Shown piece after piece: positions 1 through 9,377 of a stretch of 56,969 nt of DNA. The stretch is from an uncultured virus (IMG/VR IMGVR_UViG_2061766007_000461). Lineage: Duplodnaviria > Heunggongvirae > Uroviricota > Caudoviricetes. Position numbers and translations under genes: made by a program. The stretch lies in the IMG/VR virus record IMGVR_UViG_2061766007_000461; one strand, 5' to 3'. Below the pieces are notes generated by a model, which was not told where the DNA came from, searched no databases, and saw only the letters and a program-made list of their open reading frames with translations. Numbering within the stretch: the stretch's first letter is position 1; each line of letters opens with the position of its first letter.

Positions 1-428
1 AATGCTGCACTCCGTTCGAACATTCGCAAGTTTCGCCCTTGTAGCCAAGCCCGGTGTGGGCCATGACCTTCGGGTTGCCTTTCTTTTGATAAAACAGGCA
101 CACAAGGGTGTTCTCCGGCATGCCGTCGCTGATTTTCCCTTTGGCTTTCCAGTTGCTTTCCGTGTTCCATTGGGNNNNNNNNNNNNNNNNNNNNNNNNNN
201 NNNNNNNNTCCATCCGTAGATTTGCAGCAGGATCCAATACGTGAATCCGCGGCAGTCAAAAGCCCGGACTCGCTTGCCCCCGGGGAACCACTGACAGCCC
301 ACACAGGATGCTTTGCCCGCATTTAGGCATTGGCATTTCGTCTTCAGCGTGGTATATTCCGGGTATTTGTTGAATACGGCCTGACGGTGTGACGGTGTAC
401 AGTTGGCTCCCCGGTCGCCGTAGATGTA
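1..428 (-). CDS. Endolysin, NlpC/P60-type (partial, phage B; not in ORF track)
   Basis: Manual translation: YIYGDRGANCTPSHRQ...RVRAFDCRGFTYWILLQIYGW [gap] QWNTESNWKAKG...VMAHTGLGY; DC-x-G-F and H-x-G catalytic motifs, parallel to DCSGL/HVGLY in 26784..27713. Confidence 0.75.
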
Positions 429-551
429 NNNNNNNNNNNNNNNNNNNNNNNNNNNNNNNNNNNNNNNNNNNNNNNNNNNNNNNNNNNNNNNNNNNNNNNN
501 NNNNNNNNNNNNNNNNNNNNNNNNNNNNNNNNNNNNNNNNNNNNNNNNNNN

Positions 552-686
552 CTCCTGCTCCCAGAGCAGCCGGGCCTCTTCTTCAGGGGTGATCCTGTCT
601 CCCGCAGAAGCCAAGGCCAGAAAGAGCAGTCCGAGAAGAATGAACACAATGCCGCCCAGCACCCACCATGCCCATGCACACTCCAT
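552..686 (-). CDS. Small single-TM membrane protein upstream of endolysin (partial)
   Basis: RBS GAGAGGGTG, then MECAWAWWVLGGIVFILLGLLFLALASAGDRITPEEEARLL; positional and sequence analogue of 27697..27834. Confidence 0.6.
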
Positions 687-712
687 GCGATCACCCTCTC
701 TAATTCATTCAT

Positions 713-1400
713 TTACACCCCGTAGGATGCACTGAATCCGATCTGCACAGCGATAACGCTGCTCGAATAATTGATCGTAACTTCGCCGTTTGTGTTGATA
801 TACGCCAACACGTTTACAGTATTTCCGTTGTTAAGGGTTAAATAGGCAAATCCTCTCGCGGCTGTCCTTGGCCTGTATCCCTCCGGAATGACAAAAAATA
901 CCCCGTTCGCCGTTTGGGAAGCGCCGTAGATTCTGGCTCCCAGATTCANNNNNNNNNNNNNNNNTATCAAGCGTACCGCCAATGCCTGTCGCTTTTGAAA
1001 CGGTGGATGTTGCACTGTCGTTTTGCGCACATACAGTCCACGCTCCCCAACTCTCGGTTGTTGCTGTCCTGTTGCGCATCGCATAGAATTTGTCACCCAA
1101 TGCAATCTGAGCATAGTTATTTGAGGATAGCTGCACGTGCATCAGGAGGCCCAGCCCTTTGACAGGCGGGATCCCGGTTCCGGGNNNNNNNNNNNNNNNN
1201 NNNNNNNNNNNNNNNNNNNNNNNNNNNNNNNNNNNNNNNNNNNNNNNNNNNNNNNNNNNNNNNNNNNNNNNNNNNNNNNNNNNNNNNNNNNNNNNNNNNN
1301 NNNNNNNNNNNNNNNNNNNNNNNNNNNNNNNNNNNNNNNNNTTGATCTGATCATCGGCATCCGGTTTTACAAGCTGTAAGTTTGTCGTTGTCGTTGCCAT
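713..1400 (-). CDS. Tail fibre / receptor-binding protein (gapped)
   Basis: N-term MATTTTNLQLVKP, internal YAMRNR..SWGAW, C-term IPEGYRP..INTNGEV, typical of fibre tips; frame broken by N gaps. Confidence 0.6.
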
Positions 1401-1568
1401 TTACTCACCTTCTTCCTCTTCTTCAAGGTCTTCCCATGTCATTTCCCTCAAGACAACAGCGCTGTCAATAATTTCCATGTTGGCATTGAAGCTATTTTCG
1501 CTCTGCGAGATCCGGAACTTGTCCGTCCCCGCATAAATTGTGAGGCCCATATTTGCAGTATGATCCAT
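1401..1568 (-). CDS. Small tail-associated protein (55 aa)
   Basis: Manual translation MDHTANMGLTIYAGTDKFRISQSENSFNANMEIIDSAVV..., RBS AAGGAGGG; FNxNMEIIDSA is common in tail-fibre N-termini. Confidence 0.55.
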   Translation of the reverse strand: MDHTANMGLTIYAGTDKFRISQSENSFNANMEIIDSAVVLREMTWEDLEEEEEGE

Positions 1569-1876
1569 GTTCGACCCTCCTTTATCACCTATCTGATCCT
1601 ATATAAAATTTAATATGCCTTATCGTCATTTTCCCAAACGTTTGATTATAGTTAATCACATAACTGGCGTTGTCCGAATTGTTTCTGATCAATATCGTAA
1701 ATTTATTCTCTGCTGCATTTGTNNNNNNNNNNAAAGGAAGAAAAACGGAAACTTGTGGAATTACCAGCGATTCCGTTGAAAATCTTTTTTCTAAATTTGG
1801 ATCCAGCTTGGTTTTTCCAACATTCTTCTTATGAAAAATCCAGGACTCCCATGGAAAAATCAGGAGGTTCAGAAAC

Positions 1877-1905
1877 TTTACTTTATAGAAAGTTTCCTGT
1901 ATGAT
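1877..1905 (+). promoter_or_regulatory. Early sigma-A-like promoter copy 1
   Basis: TTTACT-17bp-TATGAT, overlapped by inverted repeat GAAACTTT..AAAGTTTC; repeated at 3943 and 6862. Confidence 0.75.
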
Positions 1906-1944
1906 TATCTTGGTTCCCGAAATATAGCAAGGAGGTTCCCGGAG

Positions 1945-2307
1945 ATGACGCTGACTGGAAAGGTTTTCAAGGCCTACGCCGCTGAGATCGTTGCGAAGCA
2001 CGGATTTGGGAGCAACAAGATGGTCAAGGCAAGTTCCCCTGAGTTCATCGACAGCGAAGAAAGCCGTGCTCAGCGGTTGGCTGATTCCCAGACTTGGGGA
2101 CGGGACGAAAACGGGCTTGAAAAGGCGCAGGAGATTTTCGAAGGGCTGAAGGCCGCTGAGAGCTGGCTGATTGAGAACGGCTGGATGAGCGAGTACGTAA
2201 AGCTGTACAGTGTGAATTACGGGCTTACAGGCCGCATCCGTGGGAAGCGGTTCATCGGCCTGACGGACAAGGGCTGGGCGGTTGCCCGGAAGTATCTGGA
2301 AGCGTGA
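1945..2307 (+). CDS. Hypothetical early protein
   Basis: RBS AAGGAGG, ORF MTLTGKVFKAY... Confidence 0.7.
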   Translation: MTLTGKVFKAYAAEIVAKHGFGSNKMVKASSPEFIDSEESRAQRLADSQTWGRDENGLEKAQEIFEGLKAAESWLIENGWMSEYVKLYSVNYGLTGRIRGKRFIGLTDKGWAVARKYLEA

Positions 2308-2366
2308 AACAGACAGCCAGCCGGGGGGCTTCAATCCCCGGCAGAAAGATGAGGAGGGCAAAAGAA

Positions 2367-3590
2367 ATGGCAACCTACACGATTTGGGAAGGCAGAATGG
2401 AAACCCTTGAGAAGCGGATGAAGACGATCATGAACAAGTGCCGGAAGTACGGCTTGGACTTCTCTTACCGGGTGACCGGGGAAGAGTTCCGTGAGCTGAA
2501 GGACAGGGATGGCGAGCTTCACACCCTCCGGTACGTGGTGGTTGAGGTTGAGGGGAAAGCGGTTATCAACGGCTGGGAGTGGCTGGCGAGCGTAGAGCGC
2601 ACGGAGAAGGGGAACCTGATCCACAGCGCAAAGGATGTAACGGTGCCGACCAAGTACTACACCAGCGATTGCTACTGCGAGCACTGCCGGAAGAACGTTT
2701 GGCGCAAGTATCTCCATCTGGTGAAGAACACGGCTACCGGGGAGATCAAACAGGTTGGACAGAGTTGCCTGAAGGATTATACCCACGGACTGAGCGCAGA
2801 AGCGGTTGCCGCTTACAACAGCATCTTCAGCGGAATGGAAGAGGAAGAGGGTTGGGAACCCGGTGATGGATTCGGCTGGTACGGAAACACTGAGTACTAC
2901 GATGCGGATGAAGTAACCCGGTACATGAGCGAGACCATCCGGCACTTCGGTTTCGTGCCGACCAGCGATGACAGCAAGCTTCCCACAGCGAGCCGGGCAG
3001 GAGACTTCTACGATGTAGCGCACGGGCGGCGGGGAAAGTTCCGGTACTGCCCGGAACGGTTTGATCAGATCAAGGCTGAGATGGAACGGGTTGGATTCAA
3101 CGCTGAGTCTCCGGAAGCCCGGAAGGAAGCGCAGGAAGCCCTGAAGTGGATCGCAGAGCAGGACGATTCCAAAAGCTCCTATATTCACAACCTGAAGCTG
3201 GTGTGCGGGATGGAACGGGTTCACAGCTACCACTACGGGATTTTGGCAAGCCTGATCCCCACTTGGAACAAGAGCTTGGTTCGGGAAGCGGAACGGAAAG
3301 CCAAGGAAGCCGCTGAGAGCAACAGTAAGCACGTTGGAAACATCGGTGAGCGGATCACCTTCAACGTTGCTTCTACCAAGATTGTTACCTCTTGGGAAAC
3401 CGATTACGGAACCATGTGGCTGGTGAAGTTTGTGAGCGTTGAAGGAAACGTATTCATGTGGAAAGCTTCCTCCTTGAACGCTCTGCCGGATGACTTTGAG
3501 CTGGTGAAGAAAATCACCGGGACAGTGAAGAACCACGATGAGTTCCGGGGAATCAAGCAGACCTTCATCAACAGGTGCAAGGTTGCCTGA
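2367..3590 (+). CDS. Conserved phage early protein with CxxC zinc motif and probable C-terminal OB-fold
   Basis: CEHCRK..R...VGQSCLKDY motif; C-term SKHVGNIGERI...TGTVKNH...KQTFINRCK. Confidence 0.65.
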   Translation: MATYTIWEGRMETLEKRMKTIMNKCRKYGLDFSYRVTGEEFRELKDRDGELHTLRYVVVEVEGKAVINGWEWLASVERTEKGNLIHSAKDVTVPTKYYTSDCYCEHCRKNVWRKYLHLVKNTATGEIKQVGQSCLKDYTHGLSAEAVAAYNSIFSGMEEEEGWEPGDGFGWYGNTEYYDADEVTRYMSETIRHFGFVPTSDDSKLPTASRAGDFYDVAHGRRGKFRYCPERFDQIKAEMERVGFNAESPEARKEAQEALKWIAEQDDSKSSYIHNLKLVCGMERVHSYHYGILASLIPTWNKSLVREAERKAKEAAESNSKHVGNIGERITFNVASTKIVTSWETDYGTMWLVKFVSVEGNVFMWKASSLNALPDDFELVKKITGTVKNHDEFRGIKQTFINRCKVA

Positions 3591-3601
3591 TAGACAGCCG
3601 G

Positions 3602-3631
3602 GAAGCGGGGGTTGCCCCGCTTCTTTTTTTT
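3602..3631 (+). terminator. Rho-independent terminator
   Basis: GAAGCGGGG-gttg-CCCCGCTTC followed by T-run. Confidence 0.85.
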
Positions 3632-3637
3632 ATCCTC

Positions 3638-3760
3638 AAAACGGAAACCACCGTAATTTGGCCTGTAAGGCACCTGTAAGCTTGAGGATGGGTTCGGATG
3701 GAAGACAGCCCATTTTGAAGCGCAGACGCACCTCTGAGCGCAAAATGCTGGCTACGCCAA
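3638..3760 (+). repeat. Dispersed ~120-bp non-coding element, copy a (divergent)
   Basis: ccaccgtaatttgg...cggatggaagacagcccattttgaagcgcagacg...tggctacgcca aligns with copy at 50733-50860. Confidence 0.6.
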
Positions 3761-3942
3761 GCCCGGAGAAGCAGAAAAAATTTTTCCCGTGGGGAATTCA
3801 CTGGTAAGCTCCGGAACCTATGGAAATTTCAACAAANNNNNNNNNNNNNNNNNNNNNNNAATTTGGAAACCGTCTGGAAATTCCAAGATTCTCAAAGAGA
3901 AAAATCCACATGAGCCATGGAGAAACCAAGCGGTCTGAAAAC

Positions 3943-3971
3943 TTTACTTTTTATAAAGTATCCCGTATGAT
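3943..3971 (+). promoter_or_regulatory. Early promoter copy 2
   Basis: TTTACT-17bp-TATGAT within the same ~130-bp conserved block. Confidence 0.75.
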
Positions 3972-4171
3972 ATTGGTGAGCCCGAAAAAGGGCCAGAAGG
4001 GAGCAGGACAGGATGAAGCGGTACGAATGGCGGGTCATCAACAAGGATTTGAACTGGTGGGGGCTGTGGGATACGGTCAAGCGGGANNNNNNNNNNNNNN
4101 NNNNNNNNNNNNNNNNNNNTACGGCATGGAAGCTTACAAAAAGATGGGATTCTGAGAAGGAGGAAACGGAA

Positions 4172-4639
4172 ATGACTACCAAGGAACAGGAACGCAAGGT
4201 GCTGGCGCAGATTCGGAAGCTGGTTGAGGGACTGGGTGATGACAGCTACGCGGGAACCGCTCTGGAGGGTTGCTGGGAAGTAGCGGAGCAGAACATTGAG
4301 AATGACTGGGCTTGCTCCATGAAGGACAGAGCGGAATCCGCTGAGCGCAAGCTCAACGCTCTGGAACTCCGGTACAAGCAGGACATGGAGCGGATGACCG
4401 CTTGCAAGGAGCATCTGGAGAAGAGCCGGGATGAAGCGCAGGAAAAGGCGGCTGAGAATTTTCAGGAAGCTCTGAAGCGTGCTGACAAGGCTCGCACCCT
4501 TGAGTCCCGGATTCAGGAGCTTGAGGAAGCCGCCCGGAAACAGCAGGAAGCGATTGACCAGCAGAGCGCTGAGAAAGAGCAGATGGCGTTGGAGATCATG
4601 AAGCTTAAGGCAAAACTGTTTGACCTGATGAACCTGTGA
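4172..4639 (+). CDS. Coiled-coil hypothetical protein
   Basis: RBS AAGGAGG; MTTKEQERKVLAQI...EIMKLKAKLFDLM, heptad-rich. Confidence 0.7.
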   Translation: MTTKEQERKVLAQIRKLVEGLGDDSYAGTALEGCWEVAEQNIENDWACSMKDRAESAERKLNALELRYKQDMERMTACKEHLEKSRDEAQEKAAENFQEALKRADKARTLESRIQELEEAARKQQEAIDQQSAEKEQMALEIMKLKAKLFDLMNL

Positions 4640-4689
4640 GAGAAAGAAGCCGGGCGGGGCGGCTAAACCCCGCAGAAAGGAAGAGGGCT

Positions 4690-4929
4690 ATGAGTATCAA
4701 GGAAGTCATGAAGCTGGGGACTGCCGGAATGAACACGGCACAGCGGCAGGAGGAGAAGGAACGCAGGATCAAGGTTGCGGAGCAGATCACCAAGCTGGGT
4801 GGACAGCTTGCGATCAGCAAGGCGGCGAAGGATGAGAATCGGGTAAAGGTTCTCACCCGGAAGCTCAACCGGATCAAGGCTGACGAAAGCATCTGGCTTA
4901 AGGAAGCGGCTTGGTTCATGTACTGCTGA
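4690..4929 (+). CDS. Hypothetical early protein
   Basis: RBS-led ORF MSIKEVMKLG... Confidence 0.6.
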   Translation: MSIKEVMKLGTAGMNTAQRQEEKERRIKVAEQITKLGGQLAISKAAKDENRVKVLTRKLNRIKADESIWLKEAAWFMYC

Positions 4930-5082
4930 CATCGACAGACTGGAACCGGAACCCGGAACCCGGNNNNNNNNNNNNNNNNNNNNNNNNNNNNNNNNNNNNN
5001 NNNNNGGAACGGTTGGAGATTCACCGCCAGATTGAAGCGGAGAATCAGCGAAAGCTGGAGCAGTGGAAGGAGGGTGAGCTGG

Positions 5083-5280
5083 ATGTGGATGGTGAACGGC
5101 TTCAGGACGTTGGATGAAGCGAAAGCTTTCCAGAAGACCCACGGTGGATATGTTTGCTGGGAACAGCGCACCCCGAAACGGAAAAAGCTGACGGAGCTTG
5201 GAAAGGAATACGTGATTGCCGCTGGTGCTGTAGGGCTGGATACGGAAGAGTGCAAGTACATTGTTGAGAGAAGAATCTGA
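5083..5280 (+). CDS. Hypothetical early protein
   Basis: RBS GGAGGGTG; MWMVNGFRTLDEAKAF... Confidence 0.6.
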   Translation: MWMVNGFRTLDEAKAFQKTHGGYVCWEQRTPKRKKLTELGKEYVIAAGAVGLDTEECKYIVERRI

Positions 5281-5332
5281 GAGAAAAAGCCGTGCCGGGG
5301 CGGCAAATCCCCGGCAGAAAGGAAGGATTCAA

Positions 5333-6210
5333 ATGAAGTTTGATGCGTATCAGATGGTCACGGACAGGATTTGCGCTATGATGGAGCAAGGCTTCATACC
5401 GTGGGACAAGCCTTGGGCGATGGCGAAGGATTCTGCGTGGAGCGGCTGTGACGGGCATATCTACTCCCTGATCAACCAGTTCCTTCTGGCTGACCCGGAG
5501 AAGAAGTACACCAGCTGGGAAGACATGGAGAAGGATGTAGCCGGGGAGTGGGTCACCTTCAAGCAAGCTATTGACCGGGGCGGCAACGTGAAGAAGGGTG
5601 CGAAAGGCCGCAAGATTGTCTTCTTCACGATGATCCCGGAAAAGGATGAGGACGGGAATGAGACCAAGAAGCTGTTCCCCTTCCTGAAGTGGACAACGGT
5701 CTTCAAGATTGACCAGTGTGAGGGGATTGAACAAAAGTTCCACAAGGATGCCGATTGCCTGTATGACTTCAATCCGGATAANNNNNNNNNNNNNNNNNNN
5801 NNNNNNNNNNNNNNNNNAATGTGAAGAAGAGCAACAAGGCAAGCTATTCTCCGGAAACGGATACCGTGAAGATGCCGTTACCGGAACAGTTCCGGAACAG
5901 CGCAGAATACTATTCCACGCTATTCCATGAGCTGACCCACAGCACCGGGCATCAGAAGCGGCTGAAGCGCATCGTGAAGACAGCGGCGTTTGGGGATGAT
6001 GATTACAGCGCAGAAGAGCTTGTGGCTGAGATTGGCTCCGCTTCCATCCTTGCCACGCTGGGCATAGAGAACGCTGGAACCCTCCGGAACAGTGCTGCAT
6101 ACATTCAGGGCTGGCTGAAAGCCCTTCGGAATGATAAGCGGCTGATTGTGACCGCTTCCGCAAGAGCGGAAAAGGCCATCAAGCTGATTCTGGGAATCAA
6201 GGAGGGCTGA
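5333..6210 (+). CDS. ardC: ArdC-like antirestriction protein (ssDNA-binding N-term + zincin-like metallopeptidase), split by gap
   Basis: YQMVTDRI..MEQG.IPW.KPW, W.TFKQA...GG.VKKGAKG, YYSTLFHELTHSTGH, YSAEELVAEIGSA, SAAYIQGWL. Confidence 0.9.
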
Positions 6211-6266
6211 AGGACTTGAAGTATTTGCGGAAGAGTGATATCGTAAGCGGCAGGAGGTTGATCCAA

Positions 6267-6473
6267 ATGCCGCTTACGCCACAGACCAAGGAGAAGAAGT
6301 ACGGATATGACCAGAGCTATCTCAGGCAGAACATTGTTCAGGTGGGAATCACCTTCAACAGACGGAAGCCGGATGACATGAAGCTGATTGAGTGGATCAA
6401 CAGCCGGAAGGAATCGAAAGTTTCCTACGTGAAGCGGCTCATCCGGGAAGACATGGAGCGGGGGAGCAAGTGA
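6267..6473 (+). CDS. Small Arc/ribbon-helix-helix-like DNA-binding protein
   Basis: QVGITFNR..DDMKLIEWIN...SKVSYVKRLIREDM pattern. Confidence 0.6.
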   Translation: MPLTPQTKEKKYGYDQSYLRQNIVQVGITFNRRKPDDMKLIEWINSRKESKVSYVKRLIREDMERGSK

Positions 6474-6569
6474 AAAAGCCCGGTTAACTGTCCGGGCGGT
6501 GAATCAGGTGAGTTTCAGTCGAAATTCGCCTGATTTTTGTTTTCCGGGAAAAAGCATGCCGTTTTTCTG

Positions 6570-6660
6570 GCCAATTTTTGGCTGTAAGGTGCGTCTTCTT
6601 CCGAATGGACTCTAACCCATTTGAAAGGCCGGACGTGGGTAAATGCGTAAATGAGTGGCG
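6570..6660 (+). repeat. Dispersed non-coding element, copy b (runs into gap)
   Basis: ccgaatggactctaacccatttgaaaggccggacgtgggtaaatgcgta. Confidence 0.75.
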
Positions 6661-6861
6661 NNNNNNNNNNNNNNNNNNNNNNNNNNNNNNNNNNNNNNNN
6701 NNNNNNNNNNNNNNNNNNNNNNNNNNNNNNNNNNNNNNNNNNNNNNNNNNNNNNNNNNNNNNNNNNNNNNNNTTTTATAATTTGGAAACCGTTTGGATTT
6801 TCCATACGTTTTCTGTTCAAAAATCCACGAAAAGCATGGACATGGCAAGAGGTTCCGAAAC

Positions 6862-6890
6862 TTTACTTTATAAAAAGTTTCCTGTATGAT
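6862..6890 (+). promoter_or_regulatory. Early promoter copy 3
   Basis: TTTACT-17bp-TATGAT with GAAACTTT..AAAGTTTC inverted repeat. Confidence 0.75.
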
Positions 6891-6934
6891 ATTCCTGAAC
6901 CCGGAAACCGGGCGAAAGAGGGAGGGAAACCACG

Positions 6935-7159
6935 ATGAAGAGCTTTGAGGAACTGCTGAAGGCCAGCCGGGAAAGCCGGAAAATGTTTGGTGGAACGTTT
7001 GAAATCCACTACACTGACCCGAAATGCGGAAAGATGGTTGCTTTCGTAGAAGCGTGTAGCGAAACGAAAAGCGGCGTGCGGAAAGCGGCGATCAAGAAAG
7101 CGGTTGAAGAACAGTTCATTCCGGAAGAAGCGATCACGATGGTGAAGCGGTTTGACTGA
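6935..7159 (+). CDS. Hypothetical early protein
   Basis: RBS GGAGGG, ORF track. Confidence 0.65.
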   Translation: MKSFEELLKASRESRKMFGGTFEIHYTDPKCGKMVAFVEACSETKSGVRKAAIKKAVEEQFIPEEAITMVKRFD

Positions 7160-7179
7160 GAAAGGAAGGATTGAGGGCT

Positions 7180-7383
7180 ATGACGATCAGCGAGCTGAAG
7201 CGGGGCGAATACTTCACGGTGAAGCCCATCGCAGAACCTACTCCGGATCAGGTTTTCATCAAGGGAGCTTTCGACAGGAAGCTGAACAAGTACGATTGCG
7301 AGCGGTACAATGCCAAGTGCCGCCACGGGGCAAAGCGGATGTTCACCAGTAACACCAAGGTTTACACTGAGTTCGTGTTTTGA
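7180..7383 (+). CDS. Hypothetical early protein
   Basis: MTISELKRGEYFTVKP..., operonic packing. Confidence 0.65.
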   Translation: MTISELKRGEYFTVKPIAEPTPDQVFIKGAFDRKLNKYDCERYNAKCRHGAKRMFTSNTKVYTEFVF

Positions 7384-7396
7384 GGAGGAAGAGAAA

Positions 7397-7825
7397 ATGA
7401 AGACTTGGAAAATTGGTTGGAAAATTGGCTACATCGTTGAGGATTATGAGTGGATTGAAGCCGAAAACAAGCGGGAAGCACGGAAGCTTTGGAAAGCTGA
7501 GAACCTTGGAATTGATGCCGAAATCGTGAGCGTTGAAGAACGGGTTGACCTGATTGGCTTGTTCTTCAAAGCGGAAGACAAGATTGCCGAAGCTGTGAAG
7601 CCGACCAAGCATCTGGAAATTGATGATACCCGTGGCAATGATGTGAGCTGGTTCGCTATCCCGGTTTGGTACAGCCGGATGAACGGCTGTAAGCCGGAAT
7701 CTGAATTGGTTTGTGAGTTTCGGTTCAGCCGGAACAGCTATGAGTCTGAAGCGGAAATGGTTGAGCGGTTCAACAAAGAGCTTGATGAATTTGTTGGTCA
7801 GAACTGGAAACATATGGACAAGTGA
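7397..7825 (+). CDS. Hypothetical early protein
   Basis: RBS GAGGAGG, MKTWKIGW... Confidence 0.65.
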   Translation: MKTWKIGWKIGYIVEDYEWIEAENKREARKLWKAENLGIDAEIVSVEERVDLIGLFFKAEDKIAEAVKPTKHLEIDDTRGNDVSWFAIPVWYSRMNGCKPESELVCEFRFSRNSYESEAEMVERFNKELDEFVGQNWKHMDK

Positions 7826-7838
7826 GGAGGAAGAGACA

Positions 7839-8135
7839 ATGAAGAATACCTATTGGGCGAACAGCGGAGCAGAACAGGCCAAGTACGATGAGATCATGAA
7901 AGCGGTTGAGAACGGGGAGTTTGAACTGCTGAAGAAGACGGAGACGATTTTCCATAGCTACTATCGCTACAACAATGACGGAGACTTCCCCGGCTGGGCA
8001 CGGGGGAACTGGAGACTTCAGCGGTGGGGGCGTTGGGGGCTTGAGCTGAATGAAGCCGGGGAGGAAGCGCAGGAAAAGAGGGTGACTGAAGCAATCCTCA
8101 AGGAATACGGGCGGCTCCTGAAAAGCCGGAAATGA
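7839..8135 (+). CDS. Hypothetical early protein
   Basis: RBS GAGGAGG, MKNTYW...YYRYNNDGD. Confidence 0.65.
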   Translation: MKNTYWANSGAEQAKYDEIMKAVENGEFELLKKTETIFHSYYRYNNDGDFPGWARGNWRLQRWGRWGLELNEAGEEAQEKRVTEAILKEYGRLLKSRK

Positions 8136-8156
8136 CCGGAAAAGTTCCGGAAATAG

Positions 8157-8191
8157 ACCTGTTCACGAACTCGTGAACAGGCTCTTTTTTT
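8157..8191 (+). terminator. Rho-independent terminator
   Basis: CCTGTTCACGA-ac-TCGTGAACAGG followed by T-run. Confidence 0.85.
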
Positions 8192-8218
8192 GTGACAATA
8201 TGCGCAGGAGGTGGTGAG

Positions 8219-8599
8219 GTGAGCCGCTGGGTGATGTATAACCCTTCTCCAGCCGGAAGGCACGTAGGGGATTGCTCTGTGAGGGCTGTAGCGAAAGCTC
8301 TGAACACGGATTGGGAGACAGCGTATGCAATGATCGCAACGATGGGATTTGCTATGAATGATGTTCCTTCCAGCAATTCGGTCTGGGGGGCTGTTCTCCG
8401 GCAACACGGGTTCAACCGTTCCGGGATTCCGAATACTTGCCCGGACTGTTATACCGCAGAAGAGTTTGCACGGGATCATCCGAAAGGCGTTTACGTGCTT
8501 GGCTTCTGGAACCATGTGGCAACGGTGAAGGATGGAAAGATATGGGACAGCTGGGATTCATCGCAGGAAATCCCTCAATATTACTGGCAGAAAGGGTGA
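8219..8599 (+). CDS. Small papain-fold-like protein (putative Cys-His-Asp triad)
   Basis: GDCSVRAVA...NHVATVKDGKIWDSWDS. Confidence 0.55.
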   Translation: MSRWVMYNPSPAGRHVGDCSVRAVAKALNTDWETAYAMIATMGFAMNDVPSSNSVWGAVLRQHGFNRSGIPNTCPDCYTAEEFARDHPKGVYVLGFWNHVATVKDGKIWDSWDSSQEIPQYYWQKG

Positions 8600-8604
8600 T
8601 GTAG

Positions 8605-9036
8605 GTGGCTCTGTTCAATAACGGATATCCGGCTTCATATCCGCAATATTTTCCGCAATATCAGCCGTTTTCGGCTGTTCCGGCTCAGAGCAATTCTCAG
8701 AGCCAGCAGAACGGGATTATCTGGGTGAGCGGGGAAGCCGGGGCAAAAGCGTATCTTGTGGCTCCGAATACCACAGTGCAGCTTTGGGATTCTGAATCGC
8801 AGACGATTTACCTGAAGTCCGCTGACGCTTCCGGAATGCCTTCAATGAAGGTTTTAGACTACACCATACGGGATTCACACAAAACTGCACCTGTAACGCA
8901 ATCCGGAGCTTCGGATGGGAATTTATCCATCTTTGCGACAAAAGACGAAATACGGGTGGTTACAGACCAAATAACGGCACTCCGTGAGCGCATAGACAAT
9001 CTGTCAAAACTGGAAAAGGAGGAAGATGAAAAATGA
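8605..9036 (+). CDS. Conserved phage hypothetical (cluster gene 2)
   Basis: Y/P/Q-rich N-term, IIWVSGEAGAKAYLVAPN..LWDSE..IYLKS.D..G.P. Confidence 0.75.
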   Translation: MALFNNGYPASYPQYFPQYQPFSAVPAQSNSQSQQNGIIWVSGEAGAKAYLVAPNTTVQLWDSESQTIYLKSADASGMPSMKVLDYTIRDSHKTAPVTQSGASDGNLSIFATKDEIRVVTDQITALRERIDNLSKLEKEEDEK

Positions 9037-9233
9037 GTAATCCGCTCTTTGGCCTGATTCAACAGCAACAGCCGAACAATATTTTCCAGCGGTTTCAGCA
9101 GTTTCAGCAGATGTTTAGGGGTGACCCGAAACAGCAAGTTCAGCAGTTGCTTAACTCCGGGAAAGTGTCTCAGGCGCAGTATAACCAAGCTGTCCATATG
9201 GCACAGCAGTTTCAGAAAATGATTGGAAGATAA
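9033..9233 (+). CDS. Gln-rich small protein (cluster gene 3)
   Basis: MSNPLF...FQQFQQMFRGDPKQQVQQLLNSGKVSQAQYNQA. Confidence 0.75.
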   Translation: MSNPLFGLIQQQQPNNIFQRFQQFQQMFRGDPKQQVQQLLNSGKVSQAQYNQAVHMAQQFQKMIGR

Positions 9234-9377
9234 TATCAAAAAATGACGATTTTTTGATATATCAAGGCTGTTTTTGCGAGATTTCCGCAAAAATCGCCAG
9301 AATATTGTTCAAATTGATTCTTTTCGGTTGAGTGCGCATAGACCGATTGAATAAATAAACTGAAAGGAATCAAAAAA

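Noticed and set aside
2331..3536. Long antisense ORFs (also 21995..23452, 38785..39786, 42861..44150, 52367..53593)
   Set aside because: Shadows of well-supported opposite-strand genes, with no motifs or RBS
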